A stretch of 63,897 nucleotides of DNA, the filler included, from Octopus bimaculoides (taxonomy: Eukaryota): assembly GCF_001194135.2 (NCBI RefSeq). It is 8 parts of 7 records of this genome, joined end to end, with 100 filler letters (N's around TTAATTAATTAA, not from the genome) between each part and the next. Parts side by side here need not be neighbours in the genome. Positions count along the whole stretch, not along the records: positions 62,208 to 63,897 come from NC_068997.1; 7 more parts are not named here. One strand, written 5' to 3'. Numbering within the stretch: position 1 is the stretch's first letter; every line of letters begins with the position of its first letter. Below the pieces are notes generated by a model. That model ran no database searches. It worked only from the letters and a program-made list of their open reading frames with translations, and was not told the DNA's origin. Positions 62,239 to 63,897 of the stretch are shown here, in pieces. The position numbers and the translations under genes were made by a program.

Positions 62239-63861
62239 ACATATATCTAATAAAATTTAATCAGCTCCTCAAGGCTTAACTTTTTGGAGAACGTAAGAAA
62301 GTCCGATCTCATCAGACGCTAGAAGCAGATTAGGTGTTTTATGACACATTCGAGATTGATTCCAGGTGTTCACACGCAAGTTTCCAAACTCAGGTCTCGA
62401 TGGTGTCAATAATACTGCAGCACGTATTTTCTTAACTCTTAGGCACATGTGTTCGATGCACACAATGCACGGAACACCATAGCAATTCATGTTGCTGAAA
62501 AGTTTATACCAGATCCAGTCGTCGAATTAGCGTGTTCATAACACAGATACAATCATGTGCAACCAGTAACACGCGGGATTTCTGAGTAACACACGTAAAA
62601 TAAAACAAAATATAACGGGAACATTTTAGTATTGTGATCCAGCATATGGTAAGTTATATTTCGCGCAGCGCACTACTCAGGAAAAAAACACTGCTCGGTT
62701 CTGATTTATACGCATATAAATCTACGTAAGCAATGTATTGACTGTTTATTGGCAATAAACCCTATAGTTCTCACGTTGTGATTCTAGAATGTGGCGTGAG
62801 TTTTCAAAAGTTTCTTGTATTGATTCTCACCACGTTAGGTTTATGAACGCTTAAGACGTATTTACCCATTTAATCTCTTAATGTACGTGTTAAATAAACA
62901 AAACCTATGGACTATATCTTTTGCGGACATGTTGTAAAACAATGCCCTCAATAATAAAACCCGGTGTTAGGCGGAATCTTTGATATAACTATTGTCTGGA
63001 ACATGTAAAAGATTGAAAGATCATTAATAACTCTATTTTGGAACGATTCAAGGGCATTTGGTGTTGGTAACATGCATTCCTTTAAAATGACGTACTCATT
63101 AGTTAATAGAATCTAATACAGAATATTTCTGAATGCCTCTGTTCAAATGCTATCTTATTTTCTGTTAAAAAAATCTCCCTGACCAATTATCGTTTCTACC
63201 GCTATTATAATTTCCAACCTAAATTAAAATATTGTTCCACTAAACCATGTAATATTATAACCTCAACGACAGAATGCGTCTCCTCATATACAAGACGTGT
63301 ATTTCTGGGGTTTTATATCCACCCACGACCCGAGTACTCATTTCTATGATAAGCAAAATCACAATCTTGAACAACAAGCATTTTATTTCCCTCTGATGAC
63401 TGAACCCAGTAAATAATTTGAAAACAAGAAGCATAAATAATATTTAGGATACGGAGTCGGGTTCCTGTTTCAAAGGTGGGTAGCTATCACCACACGCACA
63501 GTTACAGATTCCTTTCTAGTGCTTATTCAGTGATATATTTTGATGTTCTAACATCCTAAGTCTGTCAAGACCCAATTCTAAATTAGCATCGCCGTACACT
63601 TGAAAAGCGAATAAGCAACAAATATGAAGTGAGCAACAAGTGTAGCGACAGTAATAAGTGTATTATTACATCTAGTTTATCAAATTTAGTTGATAGTCAT
63701 ATACAGGCATCCACGCAAATAAGCGTATTGATATGTATGTATGTATGCATGTATGCATGTATGTATGTATGTATGTATGTATGTAGCTGTCTATCTATAT
63801 ATCTATCTATCTATTTATCTATATATTTATCTATCTATATATAAACACACAACACATACAC

Positions 63862-63897
<36 letters not shown>

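Noticed and set aside
57721-63620. Upstream LLTP exons (ORFs 57721-58008 and 62269-62490; frame YGDANLELGLDRL near 63560-63600)
   Set aside because: No LLTP motifs, weak donors or in-frame stops; the expected preceding exon is probably in a gap or outside the window.

Overview
AT-rich, microsatellite-laden eukaryotic DNA from a gapped draft assembly. The SINE families, repeats and NNN-TTAATTAATTAA-NNN gap linkers are consistent with an Octopus genome (inference, not a database result). The one clear host gene is on the minus strand: four phase-compatible exons (55193-55026, 54548-54290, 52536-52410, 49070-48816; 809 nt, 269 whole codons, open frame) encoding part of an apolipophorin/ApoB-like large lipid transfer protein. 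The rest is mostly mobile-element debris: Tx1/L1-clade, Dong/R4-type, RTE and CR1-like LINEs, Penelope-like elements (PLEs), Helitron pieces, a hAT MITE, Tc1/mariner derivatives and many tRNA-derived SINEs. Most notable observations: (1) three kinds of hammerhead-ribozyme-like motif, some in PLE-type termini; (2) a sharp CpG-decay boundary near 35.5 kb seen in paired copies of several repeat families; (3) strand-biased stacking of Dong LINEs and SINEs on (AAT)n tracts; (4) a SINE sharing its 3' tail with the Tx1-like LINE; (5) two direct/inverted block mosaics at 3.6-5.5 kb. All family calls come from motif recognition, and TE boundaries are approximate unless a TSD or TIR is quoted.
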